Assembly (NCBI GenBank): GCA_030390025.1
Contig: CM059432.1
Coordinates: 91,452,001 to 91,516,000 of the forward strand
Length of the DNA: 64,000 bases
Direction: 5' to 3'
Source: Squalus acanthias
Taxonomy: Eukaryota
The notes below the pieces were generated by a model. It ran no database searches. It had not been told where the DNA came from and saw only the letters and a list, made by a program, of their open reading frames with translations. Shown one piece after another: positions 35,896 to 47,208 of this stretch. The stretch's first letter is position 1. Each line of letters begins with the position of its first letter. The position numbers were made by a program, and so were the translations under genes.

Positions 35896-37152
35896 GCATT
35901 TACAAATTTAGTGATTTGGATTGGCAGATGCTAGAAAACCATTTTGCAGCTCGGTGAAATGGTGTTAACTCCATGGCAAAGACTAGATTTCCTGAAACCC
36001 ATCAGTATATAGAACAATAGTGTTACACTCGGTTTCTAAAAATCATTTTCTTATTCAAATGGCTTGAGAACTGTCTTCCATAAGCGTGCCATGTACCTTA
36101 CAACATGAAATCTGTACCTTTCACTTTCTGACTTGCAGGGATAATGCAACTCAGATCTAATATTTAACTCTAGTAAAATTATATACTGAAATAATGGAGG
36201 AATTTTGTAGGCAGTGTAGATGAAAGCATAAAATTACAAAGGGAAATTGATCGATTAAGCAAATGGGCAAAACTGTGGCAAATGGATTTCAATGTAAGCG
36301 AATGTGAGGTCATCCACTTTGGACCTAAAAATGATAGAACAGGGTACTTTGTAAATGGTGAAAAGCTAAAAACAGTGGAGGTCCAAAGAGACTTGGGGGT
36401 TCAGGTACATAGATCATTAAAATGTCATGGACAGAGACAGAAAATAATCAAAAAGGCTAATGGAATGCTGACCTTTATATGTTGAAGACTAGAGTACAAG
36501 GGGGTAGAAGTTATGCTGCAGATATACAAAACCCTGGTTAGACCACACCTGGAGTACTGTGTGCAGTTCTGGGAACCACACCTTAGGAAGGATATATTGG
36601 CCTTGGAGGGAGTGCAGCACAGGTTTATCAGAATGATACCCGGACTTCAAGGGTTAAGTTACGAAGAGATATTACACAAATTAGGGTTGTATTCCCTAGA
36701 ATTTAAAAGGTTAAGGGGTGATCTAATCGAAGTTTTCAAGATATTAAGGGGAACTGATAGGGTAGATAGAGAGAAACTATTTCTGCTGGTTGGGGATTCT
36801 AGGACTGGAGGCACAGTCTAAAAATTAGAGCCAAACTTTCAGAAGTGAAATTAGGAAACACTTCTACACACAAAGGGTGGTAGAAGTTTGGAACTCTGTT
36901 CCGCAAATGACAATTGAAGCAAAGATATTAAGTCAACATTATAAAGTACAGGGCAGTATCTTAAGGGACATGGCACGCTTATCAGTTCTCAAGCCATTTT
37001 AATAAGAAAATGATTTTTAGAAACCCTGAGTGTAACACCATTGTTCGATATACTGGTGGAAATCTAGTCTTTGCTATGGAGTTAACATCGTTTCACCGAG
37101 CTGCGACAGTTTTCTAGCATCTGCCAATCTAAATCACGAAATTTACAAATAC
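35896..37152. repeat. Long inverted repeat (arms ~35896-36110 and ~36962-37152) bracketing a CR1 fragment
   Basis: Arms are reverse complements over ~200 bp with scattered substitutions and indels. Confidence 0.85.
36205..36925 (+). mobile_element. CR1 ORF2 fragment
   Basis: FNVSECEVIHFG, YKTLVRPHLEYCVQFW motifs. Confidence 0.9.
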
Positions 37153-37637
37153 AGAATGGATCTTAATGTGTTGGGAGATTGGGCTCATGAGTGGCAAATG
37201 ATGTATAACTTTTAAAAGTTCAGTGTTATGCATGTGGGCAGGGCAAATGCTCAACATTCATAACACCCTTCAGGGAAAAGCATTAAAGAAGGTGGAGATG
37301 GAAAGAGATCTGAGCATTCTAGTGCATACGTCTTTAAAGCTACTTGAGCAATGCTGTGATGCAATAGCTAGAGTAAATCGGGTGTTGGGGTGTATCCATA
37401 GGACAATTGAGTACAAGACAAGGCATACTATTTTGTCCTTGTACAAGACTTTGGTCAGGCCACACATGGAATACTGTGTCCAGTTTTGGTCTCCTCACAT
37501 AGAGGGTGATATTGAGGCTTTGGAAAGGGTACAGAGGAGGGCCACTAGACGAAGTCCCAGTTTAAACCATCTTAGTTATCAAGATAGTCTAAAAGAGTTG
37601 GGACTCTACACTTTAGAGAAGCGTAGATTTAGAGGTG

Positions 37638-38169
37638 CAATAGCAAAATACTGCGGATGCTGGAAATCAGAAATAACAACAGAAAATGCTGGAAACACTC
37701 AGCAGGCCAGGCAGCATCCGTGGAGAGAGAAACAGAGTTAACGTTTCAGGTCTGGGACCCTTCATCAGAACTGGAAAAAGCTGGAGATGTAATAGATTTT
37801 AAGCAGGTGCAGAGGCAGGGAGAGGGGCGGCGGGGGCGGGGGGGGGGGTGGGAGGGGAAGAACTGAAGGAACATTCTGTGTTCAGGTAGGAGGCAGGAAA
37901 GATAAAATGTTGCAAATGGGAATGGCAAAATCATACAGCCTGAAAAATGGGGGCAGGGGTTATAGTCTGAAATTGTTGAACTCAATGAATGTTGAGTCCA
38001 GAAGGTTGTAAAGTGCCTAATCGAAAGATGAGGTGCTGTTCTTCGAGCTTACGTTGAGCTTCATTGGAACAATGTAAGAGGCCGAGGACAGAGAGATCAG
38101 AGTGGGAGTGAAGCGGAGAATTAAAGTGACAGGCGACTGGAAGCTCAGGGTCACCCTTACAGACTGAAA
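37638..38169 (-). mobile_element. Penelope-like 3' fragment
   Basis: GIY-YIG C-terminal coding end plus hammerhead-bearing terminal repeat; approximate 13-bp TSD AGATTTAGAGGTG/AGACTTAGAGTTG. Confidence 0.85.
37736..37772 (-). ncRNA. Minimal hammerhead ribozyme motif (intact core)
   Basis: AGTT-CTGATGA-A-GGGTC cca GACCT-GAAA-CG-TT-AACT; palindromic AACGTT in place of stem III. Confidence 0.78.
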
Positions 38170-39990
38170 AGACTTAGAGTTGATCTGATTGAGGTTTATA
38201 AGATAATGAAGGGAATAGATTGTGTTCCATTTGACAGTTTATTCCAATTAAATAGGTTAGGGAGGACCAGGGGTCACAAATTTAAGTTGCATAAGGCCAG
38301 ATCTAGGTTAGATGTCCGGAGGTGGTTCTTTTCTCAGAGAATAGTGGAACTCTGGAACAGGCTGCAGTCTCGTGCGGTGGATGCTGATTCGCTGAATTCC
38401 TTCAAGTGAGAGCTGGACCTGTTTCTGGCTGGGGCGGAGATCACCTCTTACAGAAGGTAGGTACTGCAAGGAATTCAGGGCCAGAGTGATTTCCTGGACT
38501 AGTTTCGATCGCATAGATGGATCGGAGAGGAAATTCCCAGATTTTTTACCCCAAATTGGCCTGGGTTTTTTATCTGGATTTTCGCCTCTCCCAGGAGATC
38601 ACATGGTTTCGGGTGGGGTGGAGAGTATATATTGTGATACACAAGGTATCGCAATTGTGTGGGACAGGCTCGATGGACCAGAGGGTCTTTACCTGTCCGT
38701 CATTGTTTATATGTTTGTACCTTTTAAGTGGACATTCGAACCATTTTATATTTTAAAGAACTAATTGCCTCAGCTCTTTACTCAGTTTCTTTGGGGGAAA
38801 AAAGACATCTCTCACAATATCCCTCAGGTGAAATATTGAACACCCATCAGGATTCCAAACAGAATTAAGGAACCACAGAAATGGCTTTTACTTTTATCTT
38901 CTATAATTCCTTTGAAAAATAAATAATTTCATTGATGTAGATACCCAGAGTTCCTATAACAATATTACCATCAATTATGCAATTGAGAGATATTTTTAAT
39001 GGAATCAGAACCCATCACATGCAGCTTTTACACATAAGAGCTAGCCATTTTAACACATGAAACAAATGGAAATTACATTCATGTCACATTTGAAATCATG
39101 ATAAATATATGTAAATTACAAAACACATTTAATAGCTAAATGTTGCAGGGTGCATATTTTCATACTGCTGAAATACCATTCATTCTCGCTTAAATCATAC
39201 AGCTCACAATATAGCTCACAAGCTCAATCTGTCTACCACAGTAATTAAAAACTATTATAAAAACAGAAATTGCTGGAAATACTCAGCAGGTCAGGCAATA
39301 TCTGTGGAGAGAAACAGAGTTAACGTTTGAGGTTGATGACTTTTGTCAGAACTGAAAAAAGTTATAAATATAACAGGTTTTAAGCAGGTGCAGAGGCAGG
39401 GAAAGGGGGGAGGGGAGGAAAGAACAAAAGGGAAGGTCTGTGATAGGGTGGAAGGCAGGAGTGGTTAAAAGGGGGAAAAAAAGAGCTGATGCTGCAAGGC
39501 AAAAGGAGATGGTAATGGGACAACTAAAGGAACAAAAGATGGGTCTAGAAGAGGTGTAAATGGGAATAGCAGAATCAACAGCTGCCATCCGAAAAAATGG
39601 GGGCAGAGCTTATGTTCTGAAATTGTTGGACTCCGTGTTGAGTCCGGAAGTCTGTAAAGTGCCTAATTGGAGATGAGGTGCTGTTCCTCGATCTTACGTT
39701 GAGCTTCATTGGAACAGTGCAGGAGGCCGAAGACCGAGAGGTCAGAGTGGAAGTGGAGCGGAGAATTAAAGTGTCAGGCGACCAGAAGCTCGGGATCACG
39801 TTTGCGGACTGAACGGAGGTGTTCCACAAAGCGGTCACCCAATCTACGTTTGGTCTCCCCAATGCAGAGGATACCGCATTGTGTGCAGCGACTACAGTAT
39901 CATAAATTGAAAGAAGTACAAGTAAATTGCTGTTTCACTTGGAAGGAGTGTTTGGGGCCCTGGACGGTGGGAAGAGAGGAAGTAAAAGGG

Positions 39991-40627
39991 CATGCATGCA
40001 GCAAGACCTGGACGACATTCAGCCCCTCAAGTGCTAGGTAATGACTATCTCCAACAAAAGAGAGTCTAACCACCACCCCTTGATATTCAACGGCATTACA
40101 ATCACCGATTTCCCCCACCATCAACATCCTGGGGGTCACCGTTGACCAGAAACTTAACTGGACCAGTCACATAAATACCGTGGCTACAAGAGCATGTCAG
40201 AGGCTGGGTCCTCCTGGCTCCCCAAAGCCTTTCCACCATCTACAAGGCACAAGTCAGGAGTGTGATGGAATACTCTCCACTTGCCTGGATGAGTGCAGCT
40301 CCAACAACACTCAAGAAGCTCGACACCAACCAGGACAAAGCAGCCCGCTTGATTGGCACCCCATTCACCACCTTAAATATTCATTCCCTCCACCACCGGT
40401 GCACTGTGGCTGCAGTGTGTACCATCTACAAGATGCACTGCAGCAACTCGCCAAGGCTTCTTCGACAGCACCTCCCAAACCCGCAACCTCTACCAACTAC
40501 TGTAGAAGGACAAGGGCAGCAGGCGCATGGGAACACCACCACCTTCTCATGAGGCAATTAGAGATGGGCAATAAATGCTGGCCTTGCCAGCGACGCCCAC
40601 ATCCCAGGGATGAATTTTAAAAAAAAG
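39991..40627 (+). mobile_element. CR1/L2-group LINE 3' fragment (same family as 5835-7031)
   Basis: MEYSPLAWMSAAPTTLKKLDT; same 3' end with A-rich tail. Confidence 0.88.
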
Positions 40628-41445
40628 ATGTTGCATCTCCTGCACTTGCATGGGAATGTGTCGTGGGAAGGGGAGGAGGTGTTGGGTGTGATTGAGGAGT
40701 GGACCAGGGTGTCGCGAAGGGAACAGTCCCTTTGTAATGCTGAAGGGGGAGGAGAGGGGAAGATGTGTTTGGTGGCGGAAATAGCGGAGGATGATCTGTT
40801 GAATGTGGAGGCTGGTGGGGTGGAAGGTGAGGACAAGGGGAACGCTATCGTGGTTCCGGGAGGGAGGGGAAGGGGTGAGAGCAGAAGTGCGTGAAATGGA
40901 ACAGACATGGTTGAGGGCCCTATCAACCACTGTGGAGGGGAATCCTTGGTTGAGGAAAAAGTAAGATATATTGGAAGCACTGGTGGGGAAGGTGCCATCA
41001 TCTGAACAGATGAGATGCAGAAACTGGGAGAATGGAATAGAGTCCTTACAGGAAATGGTGGGAGAAAGTGTAGTCAAGGTAGCTGTGGGAGTAAATATTG
41101 GTTGATCGCCTAGCCCCAGAAATGGAGACCGAGAAGTCGAGGAATGAAAGAGTCAGAGATGAACCATGTGAAGGCGAGAGAAGGGTAGAAATTGGAAGCA
41201 AAGTGAATGAAATTTTCTAGTTCAGGGCGAGAGCAGGAAACGGCACCGATACAGTCATCAATGTACTGGGGGGACAAAAAAGTGAGGGAGGGGACCGGAG
41301 TAGGACTGGAACAAAGAATGTTCCACATATCCCACGAAAAGGAAGGCATAGCTTGGACCCATACGGATTCCCATAGTTCTTATTTGGAGGAAGTGAGTGG
41401 AGTCAAACGAGAAGTTGTTCAATGTGAGAATAAGTTCAGCCAGGC

Positions 41446-41613
41446 TGGGGAGGGTGGTGGTTGATGGGGACTGGTTGGGCCTCTGTTCAAAGAAGAAGCG
41501 GAGCGCCCTCAGGCCGTCCTGGTGGGGGATGGGGAGGGTGGTGGTTGATGGGGACTGGTTGGGCCTCTGTTCAAAGAAGAAGCGGAGCGCCCTCAGGCCG
41601 TCCTGGTGGGGGA
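41446..41613. repeat. 84-bp in-frame tandem duplication in the Penelope RT
   Basis: Unit starts at 41446 and 41530; peptide IPHQDGLRALRFFFEQRPNQSPSTTTLP repeated. Confidence 0.95.
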
Positions 41614-42884
41614 TGGAAGTGTAGAGGAATTGGATGTCCATGGTGAAAAGCAGATGGTTAGGACCAGGAAACTGGAAACTGTTAAAGTGGCGGAGGGCAT
41701 TGGAAGAGTCACAGATGTAGGTGGGAAGAGCCTGGACAAGGTTTGAAAAAATAGTTGAGATGGGAAGAAATCTGTTCCGTGGGGCAAGAACATGCTGAAA
41801 GGATGAGTCTACCAGGCCTTGCCTGTTTGTGGATCTTGGGAAGGAGGTAGAAGCAGGCAGTGCTGGGCTGGGGGACTGAGGTTGGAGGCCGTGGAGAGAA
41901 GATCTGCAGAGGAGATGAGGTCAGTGACAGTCTTGGAAACGATGTCTTGATGTTCAGTAGTGGGGGTCATAGTCTAGGGGGAGGTAGGAGAGGGTGTTAG
42001 AGAGTTGGTGTTCAGCCTCCGCAAGGTAGAGGCCGGTTCGCCAAACAACAACAGCACCACCCTTGTTAGCAGGTTTGATGACAATGTTATGGTTGGATCT
42101 GAGTGAACGGAGTGCTGCAAGTTCAGAGGGAGGTAGGTCAGAGTGAGTGAGGGGAGCAGAGAATTTGAGACGGCCGATGTCACACCGGCATTTCTCAATT
42201 AAAAGATCTAGAGAGGGTAAGCGGCCAGAGGGAGGGGTCCAGGTGGAACGAGAATTCTGAAGACGGGAGAAAGGTTCTGCTCTGCGAGGGGAAAGACTCC
42301 TGGCCAAAAAAGTAGGCGTGGAGGCGAAGACGACGGAAGAGCTCAGCGTCGTGCCAAGCTCAAAATTCATTGAGTTGGGGGCGTAAGGGGATGAAGCTGA
42401 GGCCTTTGCTGAGGACTTATCGTTCAGAGTCAGAAAGGGGAAGGTCAGAGGGGATCGTGAAAACATGATAAGGAGTAAGATTAGAAGAAGAGATGGGGTC
42501 AGAGGAAGAAGGTTCCGGAGGGGCTTTGGTATCCAAGAGCTGTGCTATTTTGCTTTTGAATTAAAAACTATTGTCCCGTTCAAAAAAAGCGATGAAAAGT
42601 TGCTATTGTCACTTTCAGAATAGCTATCTCATTCCCTTTACAAGATCATTTTGAAATGAAAAGGAAATGGTCAGCTTTTTAACCTTTGTTTAGACTTGTT
42701 TAAAATTACTGCTGGTGCTTTATTGTACTTTAAAATAAAAGGCACAAATTTCACAATTTAAAAATCTGGTAACTTCACATTTATCAATTATTCCCACATT
42801 ATTGAATTAATTTTTAAATGGCAAAAGACATTTATTGTACAAAAATAGCAACTTGTTTTGAATTATAATTATGGCCCGTAATTT

Positions 42885-43349
42885 GTCAGCTGTGGCTCAG
42901 TGGGTAGCACACTCGCCTCTGAGTCAGAAGGTTGTGGGTTCAAGTCCCACTCCAGGGACTTGAGCACATAAAGCTAGGCTGACACTCCAGGGCAGTGCTG
43001 AGGGAGTTTCCACTGCACTATCGGAGGTGCCGTCTTTCTGATGAGACGTTAAACCGAGGCACCGTCTGCTCTCTCAGGTGGACATAAAAGATCCCATGGC
43101 ACTTTCGAAGAAGAGCAGGGGAGTTATCCCCGGTGTCCTGGCCAATATTTATCCCTCAACCAACATAACAAAAACAGATTATCTGGTCATTATCACATTG
43201 CTGTTTGTGGGACCTTGCTGTGCACAAATTGGCTGCCGCGTTTCCCACATTACAACAGTGACTCCACTTCAAATAGTACTTCATTGGTTGTGAAGCACTT
43301 TGAGACGTCCAGTGGTCGTGAAAGGCGCTATATAAATGCAAGTCTTTCT
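42885..43349 (+). mobile_element. tRNA-derived Deu-domain SINE
   Basis: A box TGGCTCAGTGGG, B box GGTTCAAGTCC, Deu core; TSD TAATTTGT (42879-42886, 43350-43357). Confidence 0.9.
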
Positions 43350-43807
43350 TAATTTGTGGTCGGGGCGAAGCAAAGCCGTTTGCTGCTGGCCCCAAAGTAA
43401 GCTTCCTACAAAGATCTTGCAATCTCGGTAGCGAGAATTTCGGCTTTTCCAATGCGTAATTGAAATCAATGCAAGTTAATGGGGATTCCCAGCAAAGAGC
43501 TGCTGCGACGTCAACAAGCTGTCTAAGCAGCCAATCAAAATGCAGAATTCTCAGACAGTGAACTTTTAAAAAATGTTAGAGAGCAAAACAAGGATTGGGC
43601 TCTTTCGGGGAAAAGGCAAAGATTTTTTAAAAAGTTAAAAACTTTATAAAGTTTCTTAAAAATTAAAATGGGTAAATTTGACACTCCACAGAATTAAAAT
43701 TAGCTTTTCAAGGCCATAACCTTTGTTTAGCAGTCAATATGCTGTTAAAACCCCAGTTACACCTAATCCAAAAGGGTAATGGGATTTTGTTAATGGGGTA
43801 TTTAACA

Positions 43808-44264
43808 ACAACAGCAACTTGTATACAGCACCTTTAACATAGTAAAACGTCCCAAGGCGCTTCATCAGACAAAAAATTGACACCGAGCCACATAAGAAAT
43901 TAGGGCAGATGACCAAAAGCTTGGTCAAAGAGGTAGGTTTTAAGGAGCGTCTTAAAGGAGGAAAGCGAGGTAGAGAGGTGGACAGGTTTAGGGAGGGAGC
44001 TCCAGAGCTTAGGGCCTAGGCAGCTTAACCAGGAGCCAATGTAGGTCAGCGAGCACATGGGTGATGGGTGAACGGGACTTGGTGCGAGTTAGGACATGGG
44101 CAGCTGAGTTTTGGATGACCTCAAGTTTACGTAGGGTAGGATGTGGTAGGCCGGCCAGCAGTGCATTGGAATAGTCAAGTCTAGAGGTAACGAAGGCATG
44201 GATGAGGGTTTCAGCAGCAGATGAGCTGAGACGGGCGATGTTACGGAGGTGGAATAGTTAAATA
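43808..44264 (-). mobile_element. L2 LINE 3' fragment
   Basis: (GTT)n tail and L2 3' UTR; TSD GTATTTAACA (43798-43807, 44265-44274). Confidence 0.85.
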
Positions 44265-45461
44265 GTATTTAACAGCGGTATTACCGTGGAAGAGCCGACG
44301 TTTTCGTCCGTTTCTATGACTTGACAGATTACACTGATCTCCGGCTCTGCGGTTGCGGGGGGTGGGGGCGGTGTCCACATCGCAGCCTATGGAGGAGCAG
44401 TGAATGACAGGCCGCAACTTCAGGATTTCTGCATTAGGCTGCGCATGCGCTAAATCCTGAAGTTGCGGTCAGTTTCAGAGACGAAATGACGACAAACGCT
44501 GCCAGTTCGCTGTCATCAGGACCACAAATCTGGGCCATTCTGTTTTATTCTAATGTATGGGACAAAAATCATGTTTAAATCTGAATAGCAAGAAGTTGTG
44601 CTTTAAACAAGATTCTGATTATTTTAAATGAACAATACCTAGTCCATAGTGACTAAAATGGCTAGTGATTTTATTTTTATATATAAAATGGACTTTAAAT
44701 AACTTTTATATTATTTAGTAACTGATGACTAGAATTACTGTTAGTGATATTAGAGATGAATGTTTAAAAAGTTTGTTTGACATTCCTCTGTCCATATTTT
44801 AATGGTAAACCATTTGTAGACAGAATAATATCCTTCAAATATATTAAATATTCATCCACCAATATTGCAAACAGCAATTTTTACCCTTAAAATTAGAATT
44901 TGTAGCTGGCCTATACCCTATCTATTTAATGTGAGGTTCTTGTGTAGGATTAATATAACTAACACTCTATCATGCTCCCACAATGGCTTAGTTAGCAGAA
45001 GCCGCATGCAACTAAGTGATAGTGACCAGCTGAATACCTTTATACAAACAAGAGAGGTGATGCGAGAAAGAGAAGTGCAAGCGATATCACAGCACCACAA
45101 AGCAAGTGGTTAAGGGTCCAAAGTGATATTAGTGTCTCAAAAGAAAGCAGTAGCTGTGGGGGATTCTATTATTCAAGGGTTAGATAGCCTTTTCTGCAGC
45201 CAAGATCAGGAGTCCCGAATGATCTTTGCTTCCGAGGTGCAGGGGTAAGGAAAATAATGGAGCAGGTGGACAAGATTCAGGAAATACAGAATAAGCAGCC
45301 TGAAGATTTGGTTTGGTTGGGAACAATGGCTTAGGGAACATTGGAACAGGAGTAGGCCATTCAGCCCCTCGAGCCTGTTCCACCATTCTGTTAGATCATG
45401 GCTGATCTGTAATGGGATGGAACTCTTATAAAGAGAACTTGAAGCGTTTCTCTTCGCTACT

Positions 45462-46995
45462 CTTCGGCAGTCCCTCAGAACCGAGGATGACTTGCTTCCA
45501 CACTAAAAATGAGTTTTCAGTTGACCGATGAGTCCAATGCGGGACTTACAGTCTCTGTCACAGGTGGGGCAGACGGTGGTTGAAGGGGCGGGTGAGTGGG
45601 GTGCTTGGGTTGATGTGCGCTCCTTCCGCTGTTTGCGCTTGGCTTCCGCATGCTCCCGGCGAAGAGACTCGAGGTGTTCGGCGCCTTCCCGGATGCTTCT
45701 CTTCCACTTTGTGCGGTCTTGGGCCAGGGAATCCCAGGTGTCGGTGGGGATGTTTCACTTTTTCAAGGAGGCTGTGAGGGTGTCCTTGAAGCGTTTCCTC
45801 TGCCCACCTGGGGCTCTCTTGCCGTGTCGGAGCTCCGGGTAGAGCGCTTGTTTTGGGAGACTCGTATCGGGCATGCAGACGATGTGACCCGTCCATCGGA
45901 GCTGATCGAGCGTGGTCAAAGCTTCGATGCTGGGGATGTTGGCCTGAACGAGAACACTGACGTTGGTGCGCCTATCCTGCCAATGGATTTTCAGGATCTT
46001 GTGGAGACAGCATTGGTGGTACCTCTCCAGTGCTTTGAGGTGCCTGCTGTACATGGTCCATGTCTCTGAAGCATACAGGAGGGCGGGTATCACTACTGCT
46101 CTGTAGACCATGAGCTTGGTGCTGGATTTGAGGTCCTGGTCTTCAAACACACTCTTCCTCAGGCGACCGAAGGCTGCACTGGCACACTGAAGGCGGTGTT
46201 GGACTTCATCATCGACGTCTACCCTTGTTGACAGTAGGCTCCCGAGGTATGGAAAGTGGTCCACGTTGTCCAAGGCCTCGTCATGGATTTTGATGATCGG
46301 TGAGCAGTACTGTGTGGCGGGGGCAAGTTGGTAGAGGACCTTTGTCTTACGGATATCTAGTGTAAGGCCCATGCTCTCGTACGCTTCAGTGAAGGTGTTG
46401 ACGATGGTTTGGAGTTTGACCTCAGAGTGTGCACAGATGCAAGCGTCGTCTGCATACTGTAATTCGATGACAGAGGACGGGATGACCTTGGATCTGGACT
46501 GGAGGCGACGGAGGTTGAACAGTTTCTCGTTTGTTCTGTAAATTAGCTCCACTCCAGTGGGGAGCTTACTGAGGGTGAGATGCAGCATTGCAGCCAGGAA
46601 GATCGAGAAGAACGTTGGTGCGATGACACAGCCTTGCTTGACCCCGGTCCGTACGTGAATTGGGTCTGTGGTGGAACCTTTGGTCAGGATCACGGCTTGC
46701 ATATCGTCGTGAAGCAGGCGGAGGATGGCGACAAACTTTTGAGGGCAGCTGAATTTGAGGAGGACACTCCATAATCCTTCACAGTTGACAGTGTCGAAGG
46801 CCTTTGTGAGGTCAAAGAAGGCCATGTACAGCGGTTGGTGTTGTTCCCTGCATTTCTCTTGTAGTTGACGCGCGGTGAAGATCATGTCCATTGTGCCCCT
46901 TAGTGGGCGGAATCTGCATTGTGACTCTGGGAGGAGCTCTTCAGCCACTGGGAGAAGGCGATTGAGGAGGATTCTTGCGATGACTTTCCCTGTGG
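45462..46995 (-). mobile_element. RTE-clade LINE, 5'-truncated
   Basis: Long open RT frame (ORF 45755-46948: YADD, GVKQGCV); same family and 3' end as 12557-14292. Confidence 0.93.
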
Positions 46996-47208
46996 TAGGG
47001 AAGAGTTTGGTGTTAGATTAAGCAACAGGACAACCAGGATTGTAATTTCAGTATTACTGCCAGTTGCACACGCTGAGTCAGTTAAAGAGAAGCAGATTAG
47101 ATGTATCAACATGTGATGTAGAAGAGAAGGTTTCAGATTTCTTAGGCATTGGGGTAAGTTCTGGGGCAGGAAGAAGCTCCATGAATGGGCTGGGCTTCAC
47201 TTAATCCA

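Larger units (their letters stand above)
37155..38715 (+). mobile_element. CR1 3' fragment interrupted by a Penelope-like fragment
   Basis: YKTLVRPHMEYCVQFWSP; ORF resumes at ~38170 (DLIEVYKIMKG...TRGHKFKL). Confidence 0.88.
39255..42545 (-). mobile_element. Decayed Penelope-like element (RT + GIY-YIG), interrupted by a LINE fragment
   Basis: IVIKPANKGGAVVVW, MDIQFLYTSIPH, MGIRMGPSYA, YIDD, IPFSQF motifs; KQQFTCTS linker; degenerate hammerhead at ~39318-39353. Confidence 0.9.
42873..44536. mobile_element. Harbinger-type MITE carrying nested SINE and L2 insertions
   Basis: Reconstructed left end GGCCCGTAATTTGTGGT versus right end ACCACAAATCTGGGCC; TSD not matched. Confidence 0.7.
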
